DNA from: Escherichia coli
GTDB taxonomy: Bacteria; Pseudomonadota; Gammaproteobacteria; Enterobacterales; Enterobacteriaceae
Assembly (NCBI RefSeq): GCF_016903815.1
Contig: NZ_CP069973.1
Length of the DNA stretch: 64,000 nucleotides
Direction: 5' to 3' (one strand)
This document shows, one piece after another, positions 41,504-50,661 of the stretch (positions are counted from its first letter, which is position 1; the number at the start of each line of letters is the position of its first letter). Made by a program: the position numbers and the translations under genes. A model generated the notes under the pieces. The model made no database searches and had not been told where the DNA came from. It saw only the letters and a program-made list of their open reading frames with translations.

Positions 41504-42268
41504 ATGAAAGATGAACGTCGCCCTATTTGCGAAGTGGTTGCAGAGAGTATCGAACGGTTAATTATCGACGGCGTACTGAAGGTCGGTCAGCCGCTTCCCT
41601 CGGAACGTCGACTGTGTGAAAAGCTCGGCTTCTCACGCTCCGCACTGCGTGAAGGGCTGACCGTGCTGCGCGGGCGCGGGATTATTGAAACGGCGCAGGG
41701 TCGCGATTCTCGTGTCGCACGGCTTAATCGGGTGCAGGACACCAGCCCGCTAATTCATCTGTTCAGCACGCAGCCGCGAACGCTGTACGATCTGCTCGAC
41801 GTTCGCGCATTACTGGAGGGCGAATCGGCAAGGCTGGCGGCAACGCTGGGAACGCAGGCTGATTTTGTTGTGATAACTCGCTGTTATGAAAAAATGCTCG
41901 CCGCCAGTGAGAATAACAAAGAGATTTCGCTGATCGAACATGCGCAGTTGGATCACGCTTTCCATCTCGCCATTTGTCAGGCTTCTCACAATCAGGTGCT
42001 GGTGTTTACGCTGCAATCATTGACCGATCTGATGTTTAATTCAGTGTTTGCCAGCGTAAATAATCTCTACCATCGACCACAGCAAAAAAAGCAGATCGAT
42101 CGCCAGCATGCGCGGATCTACAACGCGGTGTTGCAGCGGCTGCCGCACGTCGCCCAGCGCGCAGCACGCGATCATGTGCGGACCGTGAAAAAGAATCTCC
42201 ACGATATCGAGCTGGAAGGCCACCATTTGATTCGCTCGGCGGTGCCGCTGGAGATGAACCTGAGTTAG
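41504..42268 (+). CDS. glcC: GntR/FadR-family transcriptional activator of the glc operon
   Basis: About 254 aa from MKDERRPICEVVAESIERLI; N-terminal winged-HTH (GntR-type) and FadR-like C-terminal domain; divergent from glcD. Confidence 0.88.
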   Translation: MKDERRPICEVVAESIERLIIDGVLKVGQPLPSERRLCEKLGFSRSALREGLTVLRGRGIIETAQGRDSRVARLNRVQDTSPLIHLFSTQPRTLYDLLDVRALLEGESARLAATLGTQADFVVITRCYEKMLAASENNKEISLIEHAQLDHAFHLAICQASHNQVLVFTLQSLTDLMFNSVFASVNNLYHRPQQKKQIDRQHARIYNAVLQRLPHVAQRAARDHVRTVKKNLHDIELEGHHLIRSAVPLEMNLS

Positions 42269-42274
42269 CTGGTA

Positions 42275-43399
42275 TTAAATTTGCTTTTCATACAATCGGT
42301 AACGCTTGTACGGCTCCGCCCCAATGCGTTCCAGCATGTTATTCATGCCTGTATTGGTTTCGAGGATCCATGACATCTCCAGCGCATCGATCTTCCGGCG
42401 GGCAAACGGATCGCGTAAGGCTTCAATCAATAACAGCGCAATCACCGGGCCGATGCGGCTGAACTGATACTCGTCGCGCACGCCCATCAGCGGTACTCGC
42501 GCAGTTCGCACACCGCTGACTTTCAAACGCCACAGCAATTTTGCCCAGCCGAAGGGAAAGAGCGATCCGTTCAGATCGGCAATCGCCTCGTTGATGTTCG
42601 GCAAGCCGACAATAAACGCGCAGGGTGCAGAATCAATCTCAGCGATATAGATCATATCGTCCGGCACCAGATATTTAAGTTGATCGCCCATGGTCGCGAA
42701 TTCATGTTCGGTAAACGGCACAAATCCCCAGTTGTGCTGCCAGCCAGAGTTGAAAATCTCACGCAGGATCTGCATCTCTTCGGCAAACCGCTGACGATTG
42801 ATGCAGCGAATGGTCACCTTTTTGCGCACCTGATCCATCAGTTTTTTTAGCGCCGGAGAGAAAGTGAGATCGGTTCGCTGCATCCACCACGCCAGTAAAT
42901 CAATGCCTTTGTGATAACCCAGTTGTTCAATATGCGCGGCATACCACGGTTTGCCGTGTGGCATCATCGCACAGGGTGGTGTGTCAAAACCTTCAATCAG
43001 TAATCCGCTTTCCTGATTGATATTCAGGCTGAAAGGACCGCTGATCTTACTTGCACCTTGTGACTTCAACCACGCTTCCGCTGCGCCAAACAACGCGGCA
43101 AAAACCTGCGGATCATCAATGGCGTCAATCATGCCGAAATGACCGGTATCTTTGCCGTAACGCTCGCGGTGCAAGGTATCTATTTGCGCGGTAATACGCC
43201 CAACTATCTGCCCCGCTTTTTTTGCCACCCACGCCTGCCAGATGATATGGTCCGTCCCCGGATTTTTCGCAGACAAATGCTCGTTGCGTTCAATGAATAA
43301 AGGGGGTATCCAGTTTGGATCGTCGGGATAAAGTGATGACGGAAAAGCGATAAATGCCTTAAGGTCATTTTTATTAATTACTTTTTCAATTTTAATCAT
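42275..43399 (-). CDS. yghO: YghO family protein; candidate N-acyltransferase partner of the adjacent lipid operon
   Basis: ORF open from 43495, with more plausible starts at internal Mets (MIKIEKVINKND..., at about 43399); divergent from the acyl-AMP ligase operon. Acyltransferase assignment is an inference, not a motif call. Confidence 0.6.
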   Translation of the reverse strand: MIKIEKVINKNDLKAFIAFPSSLYPDDPNWIPPLFIERNEHLSAKNPGTDHIIWQAWVAKKAGQIVGRITAQIDTLHRERYGKDTGHFGMIDAIDDPQVFAALFGAAEAWLKSQGASKISGPFSLNINQESGLLIEGFDTPPCAMMPHGKPWYAAHIEQLGYHKGIDLLAWWMQRTDLTFSPALKKLMDQVRKKVTIRCINRQRFAEEMQILREIFNSGWQHNWGFVPFTEHEFATMGDQLKYLVPDDMIYIAEIDSAPCAFIVGLPNINEAIADLNGSLFPFGWAKLLWRLKVSGVRTARVPLMGVRDEYQFSRIGPVIALLLIEALRDPFARRKIDALEMSWILETNTGMNNMLERIGAEPYKRYRLYEKQI

Positions 43400-43784
43400 C
43401 AGCAGATCGCATTCCATAGTTCTGTTCTGTGGGTAACAAATAATTAACGGTGACAAACAGGTTGCAACAGCAACGAACGGCACCTTAATAATCAACCCAA
43501 TGAATACAAACGACGAATAAATAGTATTTATTAATGATTACGATAAGGTCAGAGACTACACAGAAGCGCCACAATGCCTTTTGTCGATTTAAGGCGACCG
43601 GACAAGGCTTCTTCTTAATATATTCATAAATTAAATATCATTCACAATAAAAACAAAAAAACTCAAACTCATTATTTAAATCAATGTTCATTTTCACACT
43701 GATGAAAATACTATCTCATTTATCTTTTATGCCTATATAATCCACCGCATTATTGTCATTTTATTTTGGATATCCAATTTTTTC

Positions 43785-45515
43785 GTGGTGTATATGTCTA
43801 ATAAAATCTTTACGCATTCCCTACCTATGCGCTATGCCGATTTTCCAACGCTTGTTGATGCTTTGGACTACGCCGCTCTGAGTAGCGCCGGAATGAATTT
43901 TTATGACAGACGTTGCCAACTTGAAGATCAACTGGAATATCAGACGTTAAAAGCACGTGCCGAAGCTGGTGCGAAGCGGTTGTTATCGCTGAACCTGAAA
44001 AAAGGCGATCGCGTGGCACTGATTGCCGAAACAAGTAGCGAGTTCGTAGAGGCTTTTTTTGCCTGCCAGTATGCCGGCTTAGTCGCCGTCCCGTTGGCGA
44101 TTCCAATGGGCGTTGGTCAGCGGGATTCCTGGAGCGCCAAATTGCAGGGTTTACTGGCAAGTTGCCAGCCCGCAGCCATTATCACTGGTGATGAGTGGTT
44201 GCCACTGGTCAATGCCGCGACGCATGACAACCCCGAATTACATGTTTTAAGCCACGCCTGGTTTAAGGCATTACCGGAAGCCGATGTTGCGCTCCAGCGT
44301 CCAGTTCCGAACGATATCGCCTACCTCCAGTACACCTCCGGCAGCACCCGTTTTCCCCGTGGCGTCATTATCACCCATCGCGAAGTGATGGCTAATCTAC
44401 GTGCTATAAGCCACGACGGCATTAAATTACGCCCTGGCGACCGCTGCGTCTCCTGGCTGCCTTTCTACCATGATATGGGACTGGTCGGCTTTCTCCTGAC
44501 CCCCGTCGCCACGCAGCTTTCAGTAGATTATTTGCGCACTCAGGATTTTGCCATGCGTCCTCTGCAATGGCTTAAATTGATCAGTAAAAATCGCGGCACC
44601 GTTTCCGTTGCGCCGCCGTTTGGCTATGAATTGTGCCAGCGCCGCGTGAATGAAAAAGATCTCGCTGAACTGGATCTTTCCTGCTGGCGCGTCGCTGGTA
44701 TTGGTGCAGAACCCATCTCCGCAGAACAACTCCATCAATTCGCTGAATGTTTCCGTCAGGTTAACTTTGACAATAAAACTTTCATGCCGTGCTACGGACT
44801 GGCAGAAAATGCGCTGGCTGTCAGCTTCTCTGATGAAGCCTCCGGGGTTGTGGTTAACGAAGTGGATCGCGACATCCTCGAATATCAGGGTAAAGCCGTC
44901 GCGCCGGGTGCAGAGACACGCGCCGTATCGACTTTCGTCAACTGCGGCAAAGCGTTGCCGGAACATGGTATTGAAATCCGCAATGAAGCAGGTATGCCGG
45001 TCGCGGAACGTGTGGTAGGCCATATTTGCATCTCCGGTCCCAGTCTGATGAGCGGTTACTTTGGCGACCAGGTTTCGCAAGACGAGATTGCCGCGACGGG
45101 CTGGTTAGACACCGGCGACCTCGGTTATCTGCTGGACGGTTATCTGTATGTCACCGGACGCATTAAAGATCTGATTATTATTCGTGGCCGTAATATCTGG
45201 CCGCAGGATATTGAATATATAGCGGAACAGGAACCGGAAATTCATTCTGGCGATGCGATTGCTTTTGTTACCGCCCAGGAAAAAATCATTTTGCAGATCC
45301 AGTGTCGGATCAGCGACGAAGAACGTCGCGGGCAGCTTATCCACGCGCTGGCGGCACGGATCCAAAGCGAATTTGGCGTGACCGCGGCTATCGATCTGTT
45401 GCCGCCCCACAGTATTCCCCGAACGTCCTCCGGCAAGCCTGCCCGTGCGGAAGCGAAAAAACGTTATCAGAAGGCTTATGCTGCCAGTCTTAATGTGCAG
45501 GAATCCCTGGCATGA
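43785..45515 (+). CDS. Fatty acyl-AMP ligase / acyl-ACP synthetase-like adenylating enzyme
   Basis: 576 aa ORF; AMP-binding motif YTSGSTRFPRGVIITH, later TGDLG and GRIKDLIIIRGRN motifs; 4-bp overlap with the next gene. Confidence 0.85.
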   Translation: MVYMSNKIFTHSLPMRYADFPTLVDALDYAALSSAGMNFYDRRCQLEDQLEYQTLKARAEAGAKRLLSLNLKKGDRVALIAETSSEFVEAFFACQYAGLVAVPLAIPMGVGQRDSWSAKLQGLLASCQPAAIITGDEWLPLVNAATHDNPELHVLSHAWFKALPEADVALQRPVPNDIAYLQYTSGSTRFPRGVIITHREVMANLRAISHDGIKLRPGDRCVSWLPFYHDMGLVGFLLTPVATQLSVDYLRTQDFAMRPLQWLKLISKNRGTVSVAPPFGYELCQRRVNEKDLAELDLSCWRVAGIGAEPISAEQLHQFAECFRQVNFDNKTFMPCYGLAENALAVSFSDEASGVVVNEVDRDILEYQGKAVAPGAETRAVSTFVNCGKALPEHGIEIRNEAGMPVAERVVGHICISGPSLMSGYFGDQVSQDEIAATGWLDTGDLGYLLDGYLYVTGRIKDLIIIRGRNIWPQDIEYIAEQEPEIHSGDAIAFVTAQEKIILQIQCRISDEERRGQLIHALAARIQSEFGVTAAIDLLPPHSIPRTSSGKPARAEAKKRYQKAYAASLNVQESLA

Positions 45516-46426
45516 ATCAAACTGTCGCGGTGACGGGCGCTACCGGGTTTATCGGTAAATATATTATCGATAACCTGCTCGCCCGCGGCTTTCACGTTCG
45601 CGCATTGACGCGTACTGCCCGCGCTCACGTCAATGATAATCTCACCTGGGTGCGCGGTTCGCTGGAAGATACTCATTCACTTAGCGAGCTGGTTGCCGGA
45701 GCCAGCGTAGTGGTCCATTGCGCCGGGCAAGTGCGCGGGCACAAAGAAGAGATTTTCACCCGCTGTAACGTTGACGGCAGCCTGCGCCTGATGCAAGCAG
45801 CAAAAGAGAGCGGCTTTTGCCAACGTTTTCTGTTTATCTCTTCGCTGGCGGCGCGCCATCCCGAGCTCTCCTGGTATGCAAAATCCAAATACGTCGCCGA
45901 GCAACGACTGGCAGCAATGGCGGACGAAATTACGCTGGGCGTTTTTCGCCCGACAGCCGTGTATGGTCCCGGCGATAAAGAGTTAAAACCGCTGTTTGAC
46001 TGGATGCTGCGCGGCCTGCTGCCACGACTTGGTGCGCCAGATACACAGCTCTCTTTTCTGCACGTCACCGATTTCGCGCAAGCAGTGGGTCAGTGGTTAA
46101 GCGCCGAAACTATACAGACGCAAACCTATGAATTATGCGATGGCGTCGTCGGCGGCTATGACTGGCAACGCGTACAGCAACTTGCCGCCGACGCCCGTTG
46201 CGGTTCCGTGCGAATGGTTGGCATTCCTCTGCCGGTACTCACCGGCCTTGCGGATATCAGTACCGCGTTGAGTCGCCTGGCAGGTAAAGAACCTATGCTG
46301 ACCCGCTCGAAAATTCGTGAATTAACCCACGCCGACTGGTCGGCAAGTAATAACCGTATTTCTGAAGATATTAATTGGTTTCCCGGGATTAGCCTGGAAC
46401 ACGCATTACGCAACGGGCTATTTTGA
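45512..46426 (+). CDS. NAD(P)-dependent epimerase/dehydratase-family reductase (candidate ketosphinganine/ceramide reductase)
   Basis: 304 aa ORF; N-terminal Rossmann motif VTGATGFIGKY; operon position between the adenylating enzyme and the ACP. Confidence 0.8.
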   Translation: MNQTVAVTGATGFIGKYIIDNLLARGFHVRALTRTARAHVNDNLTWVRGSLEDTHSLSELVAGASVVVHCAGQVRGHKEEIFTRCNVDGSLRLMQAAKESGFCQRFLFISSLAARHPELSWYAKSKYVAEQRLAAMADEITLGVFRPTAVYGPGDKELKPLFDWMLRGLLPRLGAPDTQLSFLHVTDFAQAVGQWLSAETIQTQTYELCDGVVGGYDWQRVQQLAADARCGSVRMVGIPLPVLTGLADISTALSRLAGKEPMLTRSKIRELTHADWSASNNRISEDINWFPGISLEHALRNGLF

Positions 46427-46457
46427 TTGTCTTGTTTAAAGGTGTGTTAACGTTTCT

Positions 46458-46706
46458 ATGGTAAATCGTGAAATAGTAATGGATTACATCCTTTCCTGTT
46501 TACAGGATTTGGTCGAAAACGGTGTGGAAATTAAGCCCGACAGCGATCTCGTCAACGATCTTGGCCTGGAGTCGATCAAAGTGATGGATCTCTTAATGAT
46601 GCTGGAAGACAGATTCGATATTTCCATTCCTATTAATATTCTGCTGGATGTCAAAACCCCTGCGCAATTAATGGAAACTCTACTTCCATGGCTGGAGAAT
46701 AAATAA
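46458..46706 (+). CDS. Dedicated acyl carrier protein
   Basis: About 75-82 aa; phosphopantetheine attachment motif DLGLESI; acidic; stop overlaps the start of the following synthase gene. Confidence 0.8.
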   Translation: MVNREIVMDYILSCLQDLVENGVEIKPDSDLVNDLGLESIKVMDLLMMLEDRFDISIPINILLDVKTPAQLMETLLPWLENK

Positions 46707-47878
46707 TGGGGCTATACGATAAATATGCGCGCCTTGCTGGCGAGCGACTGCAATTTAGTGACAACGGGTTAACACCGTTTGGCACCTGTATTGATGAAGT
46801 GTATTCCGCCACCGAAGGCCGGATCGGCAATAAAAAAGTGATTCTGGCCGGGACCAATAATTATCTCGGTTTAACCTTTAATCATGATGCCATCAGCGAA
46901 GGTCAGGCCGCGTTAGCGGCCCAAGGTACCGGCACCACCGGTTCTCGTATGGCAAACGGCAGTTATGCGCCGCACCTGGCGTTAGAGAAAGAGATTGCCG
47001 AGTTTTTCAATCGCCCTACCGCTATCGTTTTTTCAACCGGTTATACCGCTAATTTAGGCGTCATCAGCGCACTTGCCGACCATAACGCCGTGGTGTTACT
47101 GGATGCCGACAGCCACGCCAGTATTTATGACGCCTGTTCTCTCGGTGGCGCGGAAATTATTCGTTTCCGCCATAACGATGCTAAAGATCTGGAACGGCGC
47201 ATGGTTCGCCTCGGTGAACGGGCGAAAGAGGCGATTATCATCGTTGAGGGTATCTACAGCATGCTCGGTGACGTTGCGCCGTTAGCGGAAATTGTTGATA
47301 TCAAACGTCGTCTCGGTGGTTATTTGATTGTCGATGAAGCGCATTCGTTTGGCGTGTTAGGCGCAACGGGGCGCGGACTGGCTGAAGCTGTCGGCGTTGA
47401 AGATGATGTGGATATTATCGTTGGCACCTTCAGTAAAAGTCTGGCCTCGATTGGCGGTTTTGCTGTCGGTTCGGAAGCGATGGAAGTGCTGCGCTACGGC
47501 AGCCGCCCGTATATTTTTACCGCCTCTCCTTCTCCGTCCTGCATTGCGACCGTGCGCTCGTCGTTAAGAACTATTGCCACACAACCAGAGCTGCGGCAAA
47601 AGCTGATGGATAATGCCAACCATCTGTATGACGGTCTGCAAAAACTGGGTTATGAGTTAAGTTCACATATTAGCCCGGTAGTGCCGGTAATAATCGGTTC
47701 GAAAGAGGACGGTTTACGCATCTGGCGCGAGCTTATTTCGCTGGGCGTTTATGTGAATCTTATCCTGCCACCTGCCGCGCCTGCAGGCATCACGCTGCTG
47801 CGCTGTAGCGTAAACGCTGCTCACAGTCGTGAGCAAATCGATGCCATCATTCAGGCATTTGCTACTCTGAAGCAGTAA
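46706..47878 (+). CDS. Alpha-oxoamine synthase, serine palmitoyltransferase-like (PLP-dependent)
   Basis: 390 aa ORF; PLP-lysine region GTFSKSLASIGGF typical of the AOS family (Spt/KBL/BioF/CqsA); paired with an ACP and an acyl-AMP ligase. Confidence 0.85.
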   Translation: MGLYDKYARLAGERLQFSDNGLTPFGTCIDEVYSATEGRIGNKKVILAGTNNYLGLTFNHDAISEGQAALAAQGTGTTGSRMANGSYAPHLALEKEIAEFFNRPTAIVFSTGYTANLGVISALADHNAVVLLDADSHASIYDACSLGGAEIIRFRHNDAKDLERRMVRLGERAKEAIIIVEGIYSMLGDVAPLAEIVDIKRRLGGYLIVDEAHSFGVLGATGRGLAEAVGVEDDVDIIVGTFSKSLASIGGFAVGSEAMEVLRYGSRPYIFTASPSPSCIATVRSSLRTIATQPELRQKLMDNANHLYDGLQKLGYELSSHISPVVPVIIGSKEDGLRIWRELISLGVYVNLILPPAAPAGITLLRCSVNAAHSREQIDAIIQAFATLKQ

Positions 47879-47883
47879 TGTGA

Positions 47884-47916
47884 GCCCGCCGTGGTGTTGC
47901 GCCACGGCGGGTTTAA
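47884..47916 (+). terminator. Rho-independent terminator-like hairpin between convergent genes
   Basis: Perfect 10-bp GC-rich stem CCCGCCGTGG/CCACGGCGGG followed by TTTAATGTT, just after the Spt-like stop and overlapping the stop of the convergent permease gene. Confidence 0.6.
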
Positions 47917-48992
47917 TGTTGTCTGTCATACCAATACACCAGGCTCAACGCCACCAGCACAAACGCTATCGGTAAACCGAGCGCGGTAACAGGTGCGCTC
48001 AACGCAAATAGCAATCCCAGATTGACCATGATTTGATAGCTGATCCAGGTGAGTAAGCCAACGATGACACCTACAGCGAGACGGCTACCCATCCCTGGCG
48101 AGCGCGGGGCGCTAAAGGTAAACGGCACAGCCAGCAAAATCATCGCCAGGGTCAGGATGGGTTGCCCCAGTTTTTCCCACAGTGCAAGGCGGTATTCGCT
48201 GCTGGGTTGCCCGGTTTCCTGCAAATAATGGATGTAATGATTAAGCTGACGGACAGAAAAAGTATTGCCCGGCATTGATAACTCTTCAAGATCCATACTG
48301 GTGAAGGCCGATTGCCAGGCAAGATTATCTAATGTTTCCAGCGTTTCTTTGCCATTCAGCCATTTTTTATGATTCACACCATGCAGGATCCACGTTTTGT
48401 CGTCTTCAATGGTGGCACTGCGTGCATAAATGTAGGATTCGAGCGAGAGATCGTCGCGATAATGAAAAATCTCCACGCCCACCGGCTGGCCCTGCTCGTT
48501 CAGCGATTTCACCGTCACAAATTCATTACCACGCCTGGCCCACAGCATATTGCCGGTAATGTCATCGTCCTCCCCCAACGCGGTGGCGGTCGATTTGATT
48601 TGCAACGCCTGTTGCTGTAATGGCGACGCTACCCACTCATCTATCGCGCCTAACGAAACAGTCCACAATATCCCTGTAACCAGCGCCACCAGTGCAATAC
48701 GGAAGATAGAAAACCCCATGCTGCGAATGGCGGTAAGCTCACTGTTTTTCGATAACTGCCCCAGGCCGACAATCCCTCCCAATAAGGCGATAAATGGCGA
48801 AAGTTCGACCAGTGTGCGCGGTAAGGTCATTAGCACCACCAGCACCGCCTGAGTCCAGCGATAACCGCCCGGGCTGACATCATCCAGTTCGTTAATCAGG
48901 TTGAAGGTGGTAAAAAGCGGCAGCAATAGCCCTGCGGCGGCGGCAAAACCGAGAAAGAGATGACGGATTAAATAGCGGCTGAAAACATTCAT
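47913..48992 (-). CDS. LptG-like (YjgP/YjgQ family) permease, paralog
   Basis: About 359 aa from MNVFSRYLIRHLFLGF; polytopic membrane protein with a large periplasmic loop; ATGA overlap with the upstream paralog; the ORF track start at 49073 is likely an extension. Confidence 0.75.
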   Translation of the reverse strand: MNVFSRYLIRHLFLGFAAAAGLLLPLFTTFNLINELDDVSPGGYRWTQAVLVVLMTLPRTLVELSPFIALLGGIVGLGQLSKNSELTAIRSMGFSIFRIALVALVTGILWTVSLGAIDEWVASPLQQQALQIKSTATALGEDDDITGNMLWARRGNEFVTVKSLNEQGQPVGVEIFHYRDDLSLESYIYARSATIEDDKTWILHGVNHKKWLNGKETLETLDNLAWQSAFTSMDLEELSMPGNTFSVRQLNHYIHYLQETGQPSSEYRLALWEKLGQPILTLAMILLAVPFTFSAPRSPGMGSRLAVGVIVGLLTWISYQIMVNLGLLFALSAPVTALGLPIAFVLVALSLVYWYDRQH

Positions 48993-50059
48993 CGGGAAAA
49001 TTTCTGCAGCAAAGAGAAGTCGCGTGCGACCAGCATCAGCAGGCCCATTAGCATGAGTCCGGGTACTAACCACAAACCAGGAATGAGGGGAATCGCGCCG
49101 TTAGCCACCAGCGTACGGCAGACGTCACCGCCATAAAAAATGGCAATAAACAGCAACGTCAGTGGCAATAACGTTGAAAATCGCCCTTGCCGCGGTTTTA
49201 CCCGACTTAATGAAATGGCCAGCAGCGCCATCAACAATGCGGTCAGGCCACGGCTTTGCCGCCATTGCAGTTCGGCATGATCGGCTGGAAAGACGGAGCG
49301 CGCCAGCTCCGTGACCGATTTCGCTTTGCGTTTGACGTTAGGGCTTTGATCCAGCGGATTCAGATGTAATTGCAGATTACGGTAGATCTGTTCGTTGTCA
49401 TCACGCCCCTGATGATCGATAAGATAGGCAGTGCCGTTGTGCAACATAACGGTCGGTTTCTCGGGTGATGGGTCAATCACATCAACCGAACGGGCGCGGA
49501 AAATGCGGGTTCGATTGGCAGTAGAAGTATAAATCAGCGCGTCAGTCAGGCGATTATTATCCTGATCAACCGTCTGCGAAAGGATCATTCGTCCGTTATC
49601 GTTAGTGTTAAATTTCTTTGCCCGCAACTGGCGAACATCCAGCTCCGACTGCGACTGCTGCTCCAGTTGATAAATCTGCGCATAAGCCCACGGACGACCA
49701 TACATCGACAGAAGGGTGACAAAAATACTTAGCGGTATCGCCAGATAAAGAACGGCTTTGTACAAGCGTCCCGGACTGCCCCCCGCCGCAGAGATAGCGG
49801 TAATTTCCGAGTCGGTATACATCTGCCCTAGCGTCACGCCAACTGACACATACAGACCAACAGGTAACAACATCTCCAGTGCAATCAGTACTTTGTAGAA
49901 AACGATATCCAGCACAACATCAAGAGCTAATGTCCCATTTGCCGCTTCGGTCAGATAACGCTGTGCGGAGTAGCTGGCGAAAATAAAGATCAGAAAACCG
50001 ACGATAATCAGCACCAGACGGCGCGTACCACGCATGATGTAGTGTTCAACCAGCTTCAT
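48989..50059 (-). CDS. LptF-like (YjgP/YjgQ family) permease, paralog
   Basis: 356 aa polytopic membrane protein with a periplasmic loop; paired with the LptG-like gene; no adjacent ABC ATPase. Confidence 0.75.
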   Translation of the reverse strand: MKLVEHYIMRGTRRLVLIIVGFLIFIFASYSAQRYLTEAANGTLALDVVLDIVFYKVLIALEMLLPVGLYVSVGVTLGQMYTDSEITAISAAGGSPGRLYKAVLYLAIPLSIFVTLLSMYGRPWAYAQIYQLEQQSQSELDVRQLRAKKFNTNDNGRMILSQTVDQDNNRLTDALIYTSTANRTRIFRARSVDVIDPSPEKPTVMLHNGTAYLIDHQGRDDNEQIYRNLQLHLNPLDQSPNVKRKAKSVTELARSVFPADHAELQWRQSRGLTALLMALLAISLSRVKPRQGRFSTLLPLTLLFIAIFYGGDVCRTLVANGAIPLIPGLWLVPGLMLMGLLMLVARDFSLLQKFSR

Positions 50060-50089
50060 CTCACTAACGCCCTCAATCCTTTGAGTTTT

Positions 50090-50653
50090 TTATTCATTGA
50101 TCAGTTTCTGCGCCAACGCAATGACATGATCTACCTCTTCCGGCGTCAGGCTGCCGTCCTTTGCCCACTGAATTTGCCCGGCTTTATTCAGCACCAGAAT
50201 GGTTGAACTCTGCTCCGGCAAGCGCCAGGCAACGCGTCCCTGTCCATTGCCGTCAATAACGAATTGCGCCCACGGATAGCGGCGTTTATTTTTTTCGATT
50301 TTGCCAACAACAAAATAGCCAGTACCAAAGATGGCATCATCGGTGTTCACAATGGTGGTGGGCTGAAAACGATCCTGCGGAAAGTTTGCCGCTTCAACCG
50401 CTTTAATTAACAGTGAGTTCTTTTTCTTCGCCGACTTACGCCCGGCGATATACTGAATAATGCGGACTTTTCCCGCTAATTGTGTGCTGTTCCACTTTTG
50501 GTAGTGAATTTCGTCGTCGCTATTCAGAAGCAGCTCGCCGCCTTCCTGGATATAAACAGGGGTAACCGTTTTGCCAGTGACGAAATTGTGTGCCTGCACA
50601 CCCGGGGCTAAGAGCATGATAATCAACGCAATAATCAAACGAGATGACATCAT
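50090..50653 (-). CDS. YtfJ-family-like periplasmic protein
   Basis: 187 aa ORF with signal peptide (MMSSRLIIALIIMLLAPGVQA); family assignment from recollection of YtfJ-like proteins, not verified. Confidence 0.6.
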   Translation of the reverse strand: MMSSRLIIALIIMLLAPGVQAHNFVTGKTVTPVYIQEGGELLLNSDDEIHYQKWNSTQLAGKVRIIQYIAGRKSAKKKNSLLIKAVEAANFPQDRFQPTTIVNTDDAIFGTGYFVVGKIEKNKRRYPWAQFVIDGNGQGRVAWRLPEQSSTILVLNKAGQIQWAKDGSLTPEEVDHVIALAQKLINE

Positions 50654-50661
50654 TGCTCCGG

